Source: Torpedo marmorata (Eukaryota). Taken from it: a stretch of DNA of 64,000 nt. Below are positions 1-11,216 of the stretch, one piece after another. Position 1 is the first letter of the stretch. Each line of letters begins with the position of its first letter. Where the stretch lies: contig OZ360228.1 of assembly GCA_977017645.1 (NCBI GenBank), positions 11,408,001-11,472,000 on the forward strand, given 5' to 3'. Below the pieces are notes generated by a model. The model saw only the letters and a list, made by a program, of their open reading frames with translations, ran no database searches and had not been told where the DNA came from. Both the position numbers and the translations under genes were made by a program.

Positions 1-510
1 CAAAAACATCACTATAAGAAAGATAATTATCTCATGTAAAATGATGTATGAAATAAATCATGGTAGCACGCCGCTCTCTAATGTGCCACAGTAATTAACT
101 TTAAAGCAAATAGTTAAGATACAGACAGGTTGTAAGGAAAGGCTCCAGACTTTCTATAAATTTATCTCTCATAAATATTAATAACTGAACCAATAATGAT
201 GTGATTTAGACCATTTTCTCACAGAAAGTACATGAGCTGTGACCTTAAAGGACAGGTCACATTTAAGGTAGGTAGATTTTAGTAACCAAACCATACACAT
301 GCTGCACAATGTTACAGTTGATTAAACAAGTATAATTAAAACATTATAATCATAAACTCTGATCAACCTGAAGCATTAAATATTTCTTTCTCAGTAGTTC
401 AGGTGGAATGTATGAAGTGATTCCAATATTTTTTGTTTTTATTTCAGATTTCTAGCAATGGCAATTCTTTGATTTTCAATAATTAAAACCTGCTCTGTAC
501 AGTCTCTTAC

Positions 511-740
511 CCTTTTTATTCTTCTCCTTTGTCACCACCGTCATGGACATTGTTGGCAGGTTTGAAATTTCCCCAACGTTGGGCAGCCTGCTAACCTGGA
601 GGGAGCGGAAGGTGCACTTCAGTGTGTTCTTGGCTGTGGCATCTTTCTTCTCTGGATCCTTCTTCTTGTCAGCCAACTGTGCGACCCAATAGTCGACCTG
701 CAGTCCCATCAGCTCCCCGCTGTGACCAAGGTTCTGTGAA
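511..740 (-). CDS. PACS2: PACS2 internal coding exon ([18 protein letters not shown]...[14 protein letters not shown])
   Basis: Minus strand acceptor ctctcgtcag| and donor g|gtaaga; 230 nt, phase 2 to 1; peptide matches recalled vertebrate PACS2 [10 protein letters not shown]...[17 protein letters not shown]...[10 protein letters not shown]. Confidence 0.95.
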
Positions 741-864
741 CTGACGAGAGTCAAGCATCGTGAAATTACTGAGTTTGCCAACACACTCCACATCAGTGCT
801 CACATCAGCCCCATCATGTAACAATGAAGCAAACGTAACCATTAAGCAAGGAGACACATAGGAG

Positions 865-2095
865 ACTGCCGATGTTGGAAAATGAAGCTAAACAAATTCT
901 GCTGGAGGAACTCAGTAGGTCAAGCAGCATCAGAGGGAGAAAAAGAATAGTCGATGTTTCGACACAAAACCCTTTATGGAGACTGGTTAAATGTAGCCAG
1001 TGTAAAGAGGACAGGAGGAGTGGGACAGGGACCCATTTGGGATTGGTGAACTGGGTGCACGTGAAACATGACGGACAGAGGCAGTAGAAACAAAGGGGTC
1101 AGTTGGAGGAAGATTAGCTGCACGATTAGCGTAGCAGTTAGCACAACGCTATTACAGCACCCCCCCATTCTTTTGTTCGGAGCCCCCCCCCCACTCTTTT
1201 GTTCGGACGCCTGGCGGCATTTTCTCATACTTTGATGAAGGGCTCAAGCACGAAATGTCGCTTATGTATTTCTACCTTTGTTACATAAAATACACTGTTT
1301 GACCTGCTGAGTTTCTCCAGCATTTGTGTTTTTACTGTTACAGCACCAGTGACCTGAGTTCGAATCCCAGGCTGTCTGTCAGGAGTTTGTACGTTCTCCC
1401 CGTGTCTGCATGGGTTTTCTCCGGGTGCTCCTGTTTCCTCCCATCCTTCAAAAACGTACGGGGATTGAAGGTTAATTAGTGTATTTGGGGGGCATGGGCT
1501 CGTGAGCTGAAAGGGCCTCCCTAAATTTAAATTTAAAAGATGTCTCATGCAGGGTGGAGTGGGTGATTGGAAGCCAAAGGCTTCCAGCGCTGGAATCTGA
1601 TAAGGGATGAGTATGGTGCTGCAAAGAGGGACCAGATGGAATCAGGGCGGGGTGGAAGAATCCAGTGGGGAGGTTGGGGTAAAGGGGAATGGAACAAAAG
1701 AGGGGGCGGAAGGAGTACAGAAGAAGAGAGAGGGGACTCATTAACTGAAATTAGGAAATTCAATATTCATACCATTGGGCTGTAGACTGCCCACACAGAA
1801 TACAAGGTGTTGTTCCTCTAGTTTACGTTGGCCTCTCCCCACTCCTCCCAGTTCTATCTGGCCTTGCTTTATACCAACATACTCGTCTCTTATCAGATTC
1901 CAGCACTGGCAGCCACTCCACCCTGTATGACTCATCTTCATCCACACAGGGTCCCTGTCCCACCCCTCCCACCCTTTCTTCTTTACACTGGCTCCTCTAC
2001 CACATTTACCCAATCTTGATAAAGGGTTTCAGCTCATAGCATCAACCATCACTGATGCTGCTTGACCCGCTGAGTTCCTCCAGCAGAGCATGTTT
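865..2095. mobile_element. Penelope-like element remnant with inverted terminal repeats, split by a SINE
   Basis: 1740-1830 (minus) encodes LEEQHLVFCVGSLQPNGMNIEFPNF, a PLE C-terminal motif; 1545-1650 is the reverse complement of ~1850-1930, and ~900-975 of ~2015-2085. Confidence 0.7.
1116..1537 (+). mobile_element. tRNA-derived V-SINE (HE1-like) carrying a nested ~175-bp insertion
   Basis: A-box-like head, gttcgaatccc B-box, V-domain gtttgtacgttctccccgtgtctgcatgggttttctccggg; insertion flanked by duplicated ttacagcacc (1152-1161, 1338-1347). Confidence 0.8.
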
Positions 2096-2476
2096 AGAAC
2101 CATTAAGGAAGCTCCATGCACTAATACGCAAACATAATAAATTCATGACAGGTGCATTTATCCATTTGACACCTCAAGAACTCTTGGTCTCAGATGGAGG
2201 AATGAATGAGGCCAGAAAAGATAGAAACTAAATGAAATACCATGAAATAATTGATGCAATCAGCCACACTGGCGCAGGCCAAAGGGAGTCATGTGGTTAC
2301 TTACTTTAGTTTTATTTGCAAAAGACACAGATATGAAGTACAATTACAAAATGGAGAAAAAGGAGAAACGGAATACAATGTTTAAAAATATTGTACCAAG
2401 ATTAATTTTATTGTAGCCTTTTGGCTAAAATACACGTTAAAATGAATTTGTATACCAATATAAAGTTTAGGAATTA

Positions 2477-3356
2477 CTGTATTTGACGGCATATAAGGCC
2501 CCCCTTTTTCCCCCAAAAATCGCCTCAAAAACCACCCCGGGTCTTATACGCGAAGGTGTCGTCATTTTGGGCACTGAGTGGAGACCAGGAAGCGGGCCCG
2601 CAGCTTTGTGCACCACCTTCCCTTGGGTGGCCCGTACTTTCCAGAGCCGTCGCCGCTCACTTACCCCGGTAAGAAGGCTCGCTCTCTCCCTCCTTCCCAC
2701 CCACCCGCTCTCGCCCGCTCCCTCTCACCGCCCGCTCTCTCCCTGCCCCCCCACTCGCTCTCGCCCGCTCTCTCTCCGCCCGTTCGCTCTCGCCTGCTCT
2801 CTCCCCGCCCGTTCGCTCTCACCAACAGTGCTTTGAGGGGAGCGCTGGGCCTCGATGATCAGCTTTTGTCCGACGAGCACGGACCCTCGAGCAAATTGAA
2901 TGAGGGGCGGATGGCAGTGGGCGAGCGGCCTGTCAAGCTCAGCTCAACAGGCTGCCCGCTCGCTCACTGCCACCCGCGCCTCATTCAATCTGTTCGGGGG
3001 TCGTGCGCGTCGAACAAAGGCTCAGCATGGAGCCTGATCACCGAGGCCCAGCGGTCCCCTCAAAGCAAGCGATCGATCGTCTGCTCCCCGCGACGGTGGG
3101 CCTGGGCCCTGCCCGTTGTCTTGGCTTCTCTCCCTCCTACCCTCGTGCGCCCGTAGGTCCCGGCACACCTGTCAATCAATTAGCGTTTGGATGGTGAGGG
3201 GGAAGCAGCCTGAGCCTCGGCGTGCAGCGGGCAGGAGGACGTGTTGCTGCTGTGAAGGTAATTACACTAAAACAATTTTTCCTTGAAATCTCACACTAAA
3301 AATGGGGGGGGGGGGTGTCCTATATGCCAGTGGGTCCTATATGCCGTCAAATACGG
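2477..3356. mobile_element. Non-autonomous Tc1/mariner-superfamily DNA transposon (880 bp)
   Basis: TIRs ctgtatttgacggcatataagg and cctatatgccgtcaaatacgg, TA on both sides; GC/CpG-rich interior with ctcgctctct-type tandem motifs. Confidence 0.85.
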
Positions 3357-3589
3357 TAGTCAAATCCTTTAGCAGAGTCACAACAGTTCTCGTGCGAGTC
3401 AAATAGCCTGCATTAGCCTAAACACTGTACCAACAGCGAAAACTTAAATCTACTCAGATCCCAATGGAAACAAATACTGTACTCAAGAAATCATCAGTGA
3501 GCCAGCTCAGACTCCACACACTTCACTACTTAATTAGATCTTGTTGAGGCTGATGGCACAGCTTTGAAAATGCCTACAATCTCATCCGA

Positions 3590-4090
3590 GTCAGGTTATG
3601 GGTTCAATTTGTACTTCAGAAACCAGCAGATAAAATTTAGCCTAACATCCAGTGCCAGTCCCAGGAAAATGCAACATTGTCAAAGGTGCCATCTTATAGT
3701 TCAAATGCTAAACTCAAGTCCCATCTTCCCTCTCAGATTCAAGTCCTATTGGACTTCAAAGATCTCTGAAACATTAGCTATATTTCTCTCTTCACAGTTG
3801 CTGGCTGACCTGTTGAGTATGACAAGCATTCTGTTCTTTTTTCAAAGACCTCATGGAGTGATTTTAAAAAGAACAATATATCCTTCCTAATGTTCTCATC
3901 AATATTCATCTTACATTTCTAATCAAGACCATATTATACCAGTGCTACTCAGGGGACGTAGCTGTGGACAAATTGCCTGCTAGTGTTTCCATGTTGCAAC
4001 AGTGACTATATTCCAGGAATGCTTAATTGCCTGTAAAAGACGCCAAGTGAGAACAAGGTTGTTGAATGAACTATGTTTAGCACTAATATT
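3590..4090 (+). mobile_element. Ancient Deu-domain SINE (SacSINE1/AmnSINE1-like), degenerate, with a short Penelope-terminal piece inside
   Basis: Recalled Deu motifs: tgtcaaaggtgccatctt, cccatcttccctctcag, gctgtggacaaattgcctgc...caacagtgacta...ttaattgcctgtaaa. Confidence 0.55.
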
Positions 4091-4198
4091 TCTTTAAAAC
4101 ACCAGCTATAATCATTGGTGTGAATCCGATTCTTACAGCGTGAATGAGCAGCAGGTTTGGTAGTGCAAGTAAACTACATGTCCACTTCAAATACTTAC

Positions 4199-4331
4199 CT
4201 TGAATACAGTCCACTTCCCACGGAGGGTGAGGAAGGTGGTGTAGGGGAGGCTTCCTTCATTGCTGGAGAAAGTGATGGAGGTGTGGAAGACAAGGCACTG
4301 GAACCTGAAGTGGCAGCATCATCTGAATCAC
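4199..4331 (-). CDS. PACS2: PACS2 exon ([44 protein letters not shown])
   Basis: tatctgcag| and ag|gtaagt; 133 nt, phase 1 to 2; matches PACS2 GDSDDA...[13 protein letters not shown]. Confidence 0.95.
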
Positions 4332-4514
4332 CTGCAGATACAGCCAATTATTATGCTTGACTGTAATAACAACATAACACTTCTTTAAAGTTGTTATTCT
4401 GTCAAATGCCATTAAGTGCAACAGAAGTTTGAACAAGAGTAAGTTCCTCCAAATTATCCATAAATTCCTTTAGTTAATTATAATTAATTTTCTCTTTCTG
4501 TAGTAGTTACAAAC

Positions 4515-4557
4515 CTGATGTTGCTGAAGACTGTTCCACAATCCCAACTTTTACAAT
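4515..4557 (-). CDS. PACS2: PACS2 exon (IVKVGIVEQSSATSG)
   Basis: gtgcttccag| and g|gtttgt; 43 nt, phase 0 to 1; matches PACS2 VVKVGIVEPSSATSG. Confidence 0.92.
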
Positions 4558-4619
4558 CTGGAAGCACAAATATCACAGATTCAGTTCAGTGTATTAAAGG
4601 CACAGTCAAGAGGTGCCTG

Positions 4620-4850
4620 GAGACACACGAGAGACTACAGATGTTGGAATCTGGAGCAAATTAAAAAAAGAATAATCTGCTGAAGGAACTCAGTGGGTTG
4701 AGCAGAATTAGTGGGAGAAAAAGAATGGTTGACATTTCTAGTCCGAACCCTTCGTTAAGATTTGAGGGGTCCTGACCTATAACGTCAACCATTCTTTTTC
4801 TCCCATTGATGCTACTAAACCCACTGAGTTCCTCCAGTAGATTGTTTTTA
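4620..4850. mobile_element. Palindromic mini-element made of two inverted Penelope-type termini
   Basis: Arm ctgctgaaggaactcagtgggttgagcagaattagtgggagaaaaagaatggttgac pairs with gtcaaccattctttttctcccattgatgctactaaacccactgagttcctccagtag. Confidence 0.75.
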
Positions 4851-5217
4851 GGATCTGGAGCCTTTCAATTCAATGCACCTCATCCAGGTTTATTCACCTG
4901 CTGTATTTTTATTCATCTGGGGAAATATATGAAGACACTCATCTTGTACATGATAGAAGCAGAGCAAAGTCCACTAGGTGAATTGTTTGACTGGCACTGC
5001 CTTGTGCAATGGAGAGTATGGCTGCTTTGTTCCAAGATTTTACAGAATTAATCATTTTATATTCTATATGACTACTCGATACAAGTATTTTTTATTGAAA
5101 GAAACCAAAGAAGTCACAAAAGTGAATTGCTCAAATTCTCTCTGCATACACCTTCTCCCAACTCACAGAAACATCAAAGCACTCCCGTCTAGGTGCACAT
5201 CTTCATTGTGCCTCCAA

Positions 5218-5519
5218 CAGGGTCGGCGCCAGAACAAGTGTTAGAGGGGGGCATTAGGGTAACCGGGGGGGCACAGACCAACACTCGTAAACTCGCTCAG
5301 CGGGGGCGGGTAAATAGCTAGACGCTAGTGACGCTTGACGCACGCTAGGGGCGGGTGGAGAGTCACTAGCGTGCGTCAAGCTAGACACTAGTGACGCACG
5401 CTAGTGGCGGGGGCAGGTCTGACCACGAGCGATGGCCGCGAGTGTATGGGGGGGCACAGCATCTCGCTTGGGGGGGGAGAAATGCCCGCGAATGCCGCCC
5501 CCCCTTGGCGCTGACCCTG
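5218..5519. mobile_element. hAT-superfamily MITE (302 bp)
   Basis: TIR cagggtcggcgcca / tggcgctgaccctg; perfect 8-bp TSD gcctccaa (5210-5217, 5520-5527). Confidence 0.9.
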
Positions 5520-5663
5520 GCCTCCAACCCTCCAGAGATTGATGTGCCCCAACACTTCACCTCCTGACACTCACCATCCCTGATATTGGAAACAATGTTG
5601 ACAACAGATAATGATGATGACAAAGTAAAAAGGAAGGAATGGAACAATGATTGAACTGTCCCC

Positions 5664-6394
5664 TCAGATTCAAATCTGAAATTGCTACATTGACACACAT
5701 GTTTTGGTCTTGTCATTCTTAGAAAACTATTGGAAAGAATTTTTAAATATCTTTTCAACTATACTCCAGGTGGAGCTACGACCCATCCAATAACTGCTCT
5801 TTTCGGGGTTATTGACCCAGACATAGGGAGTTTTTCTGTACCTGTTCAACGGGTTGTGGCTTTCTCTACATTGTTGGCTAGAAGAGCCATCCTATTCAAA
5901 TGGAAAGACTCTAGACCTCCAACAGTGTTTCAATGGTTTTCTCATATTATGTCTTGTTTAAGCGTAGAAAAAATTAGATATCATGTATTTGATTCATCGG
6001 TGAAATTTGAAGATACATAGCGACCTTTATGTCTTATTTTCATATGATGTAAGTGTTTCTAACGTGATGAGGTGTATTTACTCTTCCTTTGTTTTTTGAT
6101 TTACGGTAGGAACCAAAAATTACAAAATATATATCACCTTCAGGATAAGCTGCTCAGCTGTTTTTTGTTAGTTGTTTCTTTTTATTAGAGTAGGTTAGGT
6201 GGGTTTTTTTTATATATATAATACTTTTGATGTTTTTTTTCATTGTCACCTATTGCAGTGGAGGGGGATCGAGTTTATACTGTTTGAAGTTTTATTTTAA
6301 TATATATACATATGTGATATTGTATTTTCAATTTCATTCTCTTTTCTTCATTGTATTGTATTTCTTATAAAAATCAATAAAAAAGATTGAAAAA
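5664..6394 (+). mobile_element. 5'-truncated L1-clade LINE (ORF2 C-terminus plus 3' UTR)
   Basis: EIATLTHMFWSC zinc-knuckle end and ARRAILFKWK motif; aataaa tail; 15-bp TSD gattgaactgtcccc (5649-5663, 6395-6409). Confidence 0.88.
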
Positions 6395-6506
6395 GATTGA
6401 ACTGTCCCCACAAAGGAAAGTCAATGCAAAGGGGACAAAAGAATATCTCTAAAGGAAACCACAAAGACAAATGCAAAACGTTAAAACACAAAATGAAATT
6501 ACTTAC

Positions 6507-6549
6507 TCCAATGAAGGGAATAAACTTCTGGCAAGAGTCTTCGTCAGGA
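6507..6549 (-). CDS. PACS2: PACS2 exon (SPDEDSCQKFIPFIG)
   Basis: T-rich tract plus ccttag| and gga|gtaagt; 43 nt, phase 2 to 0; matches PACS2 SPDEESSQKFIPFVG. Confidence 0.93.
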
Positions 6550-7121
6550 CTAAGGAAAAAAAAAATAGATTAAATCTGATCTAAAAACACATGTTTAAAG
6601 AAGAGTGGGAAATGATGCAAATCTTCACATGCAGTAACAAGTCAGCTTCACTAAATATTCTCCATTGAATTGACATTAATATGCAGTACTTTCAAACTTT
6701 CAATCAGCTGCAATGATTTAAATAGAGCATATTTTACTATTTATTGGGAGAGGCATGTTCAATAATGTGGCATCAGGCACATAGCACTCCAGGCAACATT
6801 ATCTCCTAATCTATTGTAATGCGAAAATGCTTCAGAAAATGTTGGTTCAACAGTGGATATTGACGACAATGGCAAAAGGGATGAACTTGTTCCAAGGCAA
6901 GACATTCAGTATGTTCCATAACAATTGTTCGTCATGGACAATCTGGGCCTGTTTCCATGCTGTAAGACTCTATGACTCTACAATATGAGTGTATTTAATC
7001 CTTTCACATCAGGAGAGGTTAAGAGCCAATTTAATAGAATTGTGAAAAATCATGACAAAGTTTGATGAGGTGAACATAGAAAAAATCTTTCCAGTGGCAG
7101 AAAGATAAGTAAAAAAAAAAA

Positions 7122-7947
7122 ATGGCGACATTGCTGTAACGGCAGTGCTGCTGCTGGTGTGGACCCAGGAGAGCAGGGAGCGGAGACACAGCGCTGCTTC
7201 GCAGGGACCTAACGCCCGGTCTTAATCAACTAGCTCCGTACAGGCTTTAAACAGCTTGTTAAAGGAGCAGACAGTGGTGTTTTTTAAAATCCTTCAACCA
7301 CAGGGTCTGCGCCCAAGATGACAGTGCCTGTGCCCAAGATGGCAGCGCATGTGCTGGGCAGTGAACCACGAAGGATGCAGATTCCAGGGGAGCAGCGGAC
7401 CAGCGCAGGGTACCAGAAACGGGAGATCACCCCCGTCCCGTTGAGAAGGAGAAGCACAGGAGCCAACCTTACAGGTCGGTGACCATGGCAGCGGGCTAGT
7501 GAGGGGCTCAGCGGCTGAAGGACCCACACATGCTGCGGGCTGTTGGCGAGTTGCCTTCGAAGGGCTCACACAGGCTGAGGGCTGAGGGAGACTGGCTCAT
7601 GGGAACCAGGTATCGGAACTGGGATTCGAGAGGGCGCTGAGGGCAAGAAGGGCCTCGGGCACTGAAGGCTTCCTGATCATATCAGAGGTTTGCATCTGGA
7701 GCTTGGGTTGCCAATGATTTGAACTGGAGTCTGTGCAGCTGTGGAGGCTGCGGGAGCACTGGAGGTGAATCCACTCAGTGTCTCTGAAGAGATTCTCTTT
7801 TACTTTTCTTTCTCCTATTGTTAGGGTCACCGGGTAATGCTCATGGCGACTCTTTGTTTGTCTTAAGGCAGACAAAAGTTGAAGTGTATCATGCATATTA
7901 CATTTTTAATGTATTATTACATGGCAATAAAATGAACCTTTGAACCA
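7122..7947 (+). mobile_element. Probable non-autonomous retroelement with Rex1/Babar-like 3' end
   Basis: GC-rich non-coding body ending attacatggcaataaaatgaacctttgaacc; related 3' end at 45480-45612. Confidence 0.5.
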
Positions 7948-8439
7948 AGGGCTAAAGAAGCAGAGGCAATACAAGGATCGTTCTTTCTCCTTCATAGTGA
8001 GTTATTAAGTTCTGGAAGGCATGATGGGAGCCAACTAAATAGCAACATTCAAAAGGAAGTCGATAAGAACTTGAAGGAAAAATCTTTGCAGAGCTATGGG
8101 AAAGGACCAGAGGAGCATACAAATAGGATAGGTCCACCAAATTAACATGGGCATGATTGTCCAAATGTCATACTGTACTTCTATGCCTCATCTTTTTTCA
8201 AGAAATTAATTTGTTTTCTAACCACCTATTTACATTCAAAGATGATTTTTCATTTCCAAGTCAATATTCTTAAAAACATGAAATTCATTTGAAAAAAAAA
8301 TCCTTTATGACTCAAACTGAAGCAATCTGGCAGGACCCACGATTAATGTGGAACCACTCCTGCAAGTCTCAATACATCAAAAATATGCCTACTAAAGGGA
8401 GTCAGGGGTTAAAGGGAGTGTGTATATCAGCTTAGGCGG

Positions 8440-8995
8440 TAATTATGCAAGTCACATAAGAAGCTGCAGCTGCTGTAATCCTGAGCAAACAGTGAGAAGC
8501 TGGAGGGAGTCAGCAGGTCTTGAGTCCATGGAAAGAAATGAACAGTCATTGTTTGGAACCCTTTATCGAGACTAAGGTGGGAAGGGGAGATAGCAAGCAT
8601 AAAAAGGAGGGGGGAGGACCAAGAGGTAATACGATACTGGACAGGTGAAGAGATGGAGTGGGGAGACAGACAAAAGAGTGAGGCTGGAAACCAATGGATG
8701 GGGGTTAGTACGGGGATGCACTGGGAGAATGGGAACAGGTGAAGGACAGATGGGAAGAGACTGGGGTGGAGGTTACATGAAACTGTGTCAGGAGTGGATT
8801 GCCTGAAATTTGAAATTTCAATGTCCAGACCATTGGGTTGTAGACTACCAAGGCGGAATATCACATGCCATTCTTCAAGTCTGCATTTGGCCTCACCCTG
8901 GCAATGGATGAAGTCGAGGACGGACAGATCTTTGTGGAAATGGGAAGGAAAATTAAAATGGCTGGCAACTGGGAATTCCAGATGGCATGTCTGAA
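8440..8995 (-). mobile_element. Penelope-like element 3' fragment (GIY-YIG C-terminal region plus terminal repeat)
   Basis: PVASHFNFPSH...HCQGEAKCRLEEWHVIFRLGSLQPNGLDIEISNF in ORF 8427..9071. Confidence 0.75.
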
Positions 8996-11183
8996 CATAG
9001 AATGTTTTTTTTGTAATAATGTTACAGATTACAAAGACTGCCGTAAACATTGAGATAACGTGACAGGACACAGAAACTCCTTGAGTCGTGGGAATGATAC
9101 ACAGCAGAAGCCTTCAGATGGTTTCTTTATTGCAGGGTTCTAACACTCAGGTGGCCGAATAAATGAGATCCTCTTCCAAGCATGACATTTAAACACTAGT
9201 AAGAGTTAGTGGCCTATTAAATACAAATCAGTGAACCTTTACTAAATTCTCAGTTGGGCAATTATTTCTAAAGCTTGATAAGATTCTAACTAAAGACCTT
9301 TCTAATGAGTGAAGTTAGTAAAACTACCTGCCAGATGACTAAAAATTTGAAGCTGATCAGCCAAATATTGGCTGCCACAACATAACAAGAACCGTGAAAA
9401 TGCTATCAGAATTTTCCAAAGTCTTTATGGGCTAAGTTTCCATTTAATTTTATCAGTGTTGAAAAACATCACCAGATCTTTTGAGGCAGTCCCAGCACAA
9501 TCTTTTGAAACTCAGAAGCACTAAGGTACAGAATGAAGTCTATAGGTTCAGTTCCCTGGGTTGGTAGTGCCCATACTTTGCCACATTTGAGTTGGACCAT
9601 GTGCTCCATGAGGAGATTCAGTATATTATTAAACATCTTGTTGATATGCACAATGGAGCGTTGACATATTTTGATAGAAATTGCCTACACTTCTAGATTC
9701 TGTACAATATAAGATTTCCAGTAATGAGTGGGAAACATACAAGAGTAGCATGTTCAGTAATCATCTGCATTATTTGTAACATCGTAGGCGTGCTGCAAAC
9801 CTTGGACACACCAGCATACAGTCACAGAAACTCCTACTACAGGCTTTTCAGGAGAGGTTTCTCACGCACTTTCATGCTGCTCTGTACTGCAGTTACCAAG
9901 GAGGGGCATCGACACACTCCAAAAGCTTGATTTGCACACACTCAAGTCACAAGCATCTTATTTGGTTCAAAAGGCAGGCCAAGAGGCTGTCAGCTAGCTC
10001 GCGAATAAACAGGAGTAAGTGAAGCAGCAGAAGAAAATTACAAACATTACAATTTAAGCCAGTCTTTTCCTTTCCCCTTAATTAACAAGCAAGTAATTCT
10101 TGCACAAATAGCTGAGAAAATAAATTGAAAATCAAGAGCCAAAAACAAGTATGATTTCCTTCTCTTTGAGTGACAAGAAATGGGACTACCCTGAAGTGGA
10201 CCAGGGAATGTTCAGAGTGCATAAGATCATGAGGAAATAGCAAAAAAATGATTGTTCCTGCATCATACCCATTATCACACAATCAATGCCAAGGTCAGTG
10301 GAAAGTCCACTGCAGTAGTAAATACATCACTTGGTGCAGGCTCACAAAAATTCACTTAAACATTTTTTAAATTGGTGGAAGGAATAATTTCAAGAGAAAA
10401 CACAAATTCTCATTGCTGAGAAAGACTACAGGGAGCACTTTCAATAAAAAGTGTCTATTATTCACAGGAGGGTCTACAGTTGGCAGTCACGTTTACTTCA
10501 GTAGCAGATCCCAGCACTAGATTATGGTGATCAATACCACCACAGACAACAGCAAATCTGTCATATTTTCAGAATTACCTTCCACATTAATTCCTAATCA
10601 ACTGCATATATATTGCCATTCCTTCTTTGTTGTAGGATCAAAATCATGGCACTCCCTACCTATCATTATGAGAGCATCTTCAGGCACAAACTACAGCTCA
10701 AGGACAACTGGGAATAGGCAATAAATGACATCTTGTCTTCATGCTGAACAGATTGGTCAGTACTGAATCAACATTCTATGCTATAACATTTAGTTATCAT
10801 AACACAGAAGTATAGTGACATAAATCAGATTTAGTAGATTCATTTAAGCTATTAATACAGCAGTGGAGAAAACAGTTGGAATAACACTTTAGTTGTGGAA
10901 GCCCAAATAAAGAAAGGAGTTTGACAGCAGTGTGATTTCTTATTTTCTGCACCAAATCTGCATTTGCTCTCTCTTTCTCTGTGCACATTTTTCACAAGAA
11001 ATGCTCAAACGCTACATTTAGGTTACAAAGGTTAACGTCCCCCAACAAATGGAACAAATTTTTAATTTTATCTCTTTACCCAATCATAGCCGGCAACTTT
11101 GTTAATCCAAGAAGAAACAAAAAGACTGGCATTAAAATCAAGGAAGCATATTAAAAAAGGAAAACCCGAGCAGACTCTGGTAC

Positions 11184-11216
11184 CTTATGTTAAAATCAAA
11201 ATGAAAGCTCTTTTTC
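11184..11216 (-). CDS. PACS2: PACS2 33-nt cassette microexon (RKKSFHFDFNIS)
   Basis: ttgctttcaataaag|gaaaaagagctttcattttgattttaacataag|gtacca; symmetric phase 2-2; resembles the insert RKKHFHFDFTLS that I recall at this junction in a long human PACS2 isoform. Confidence 0.85.
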
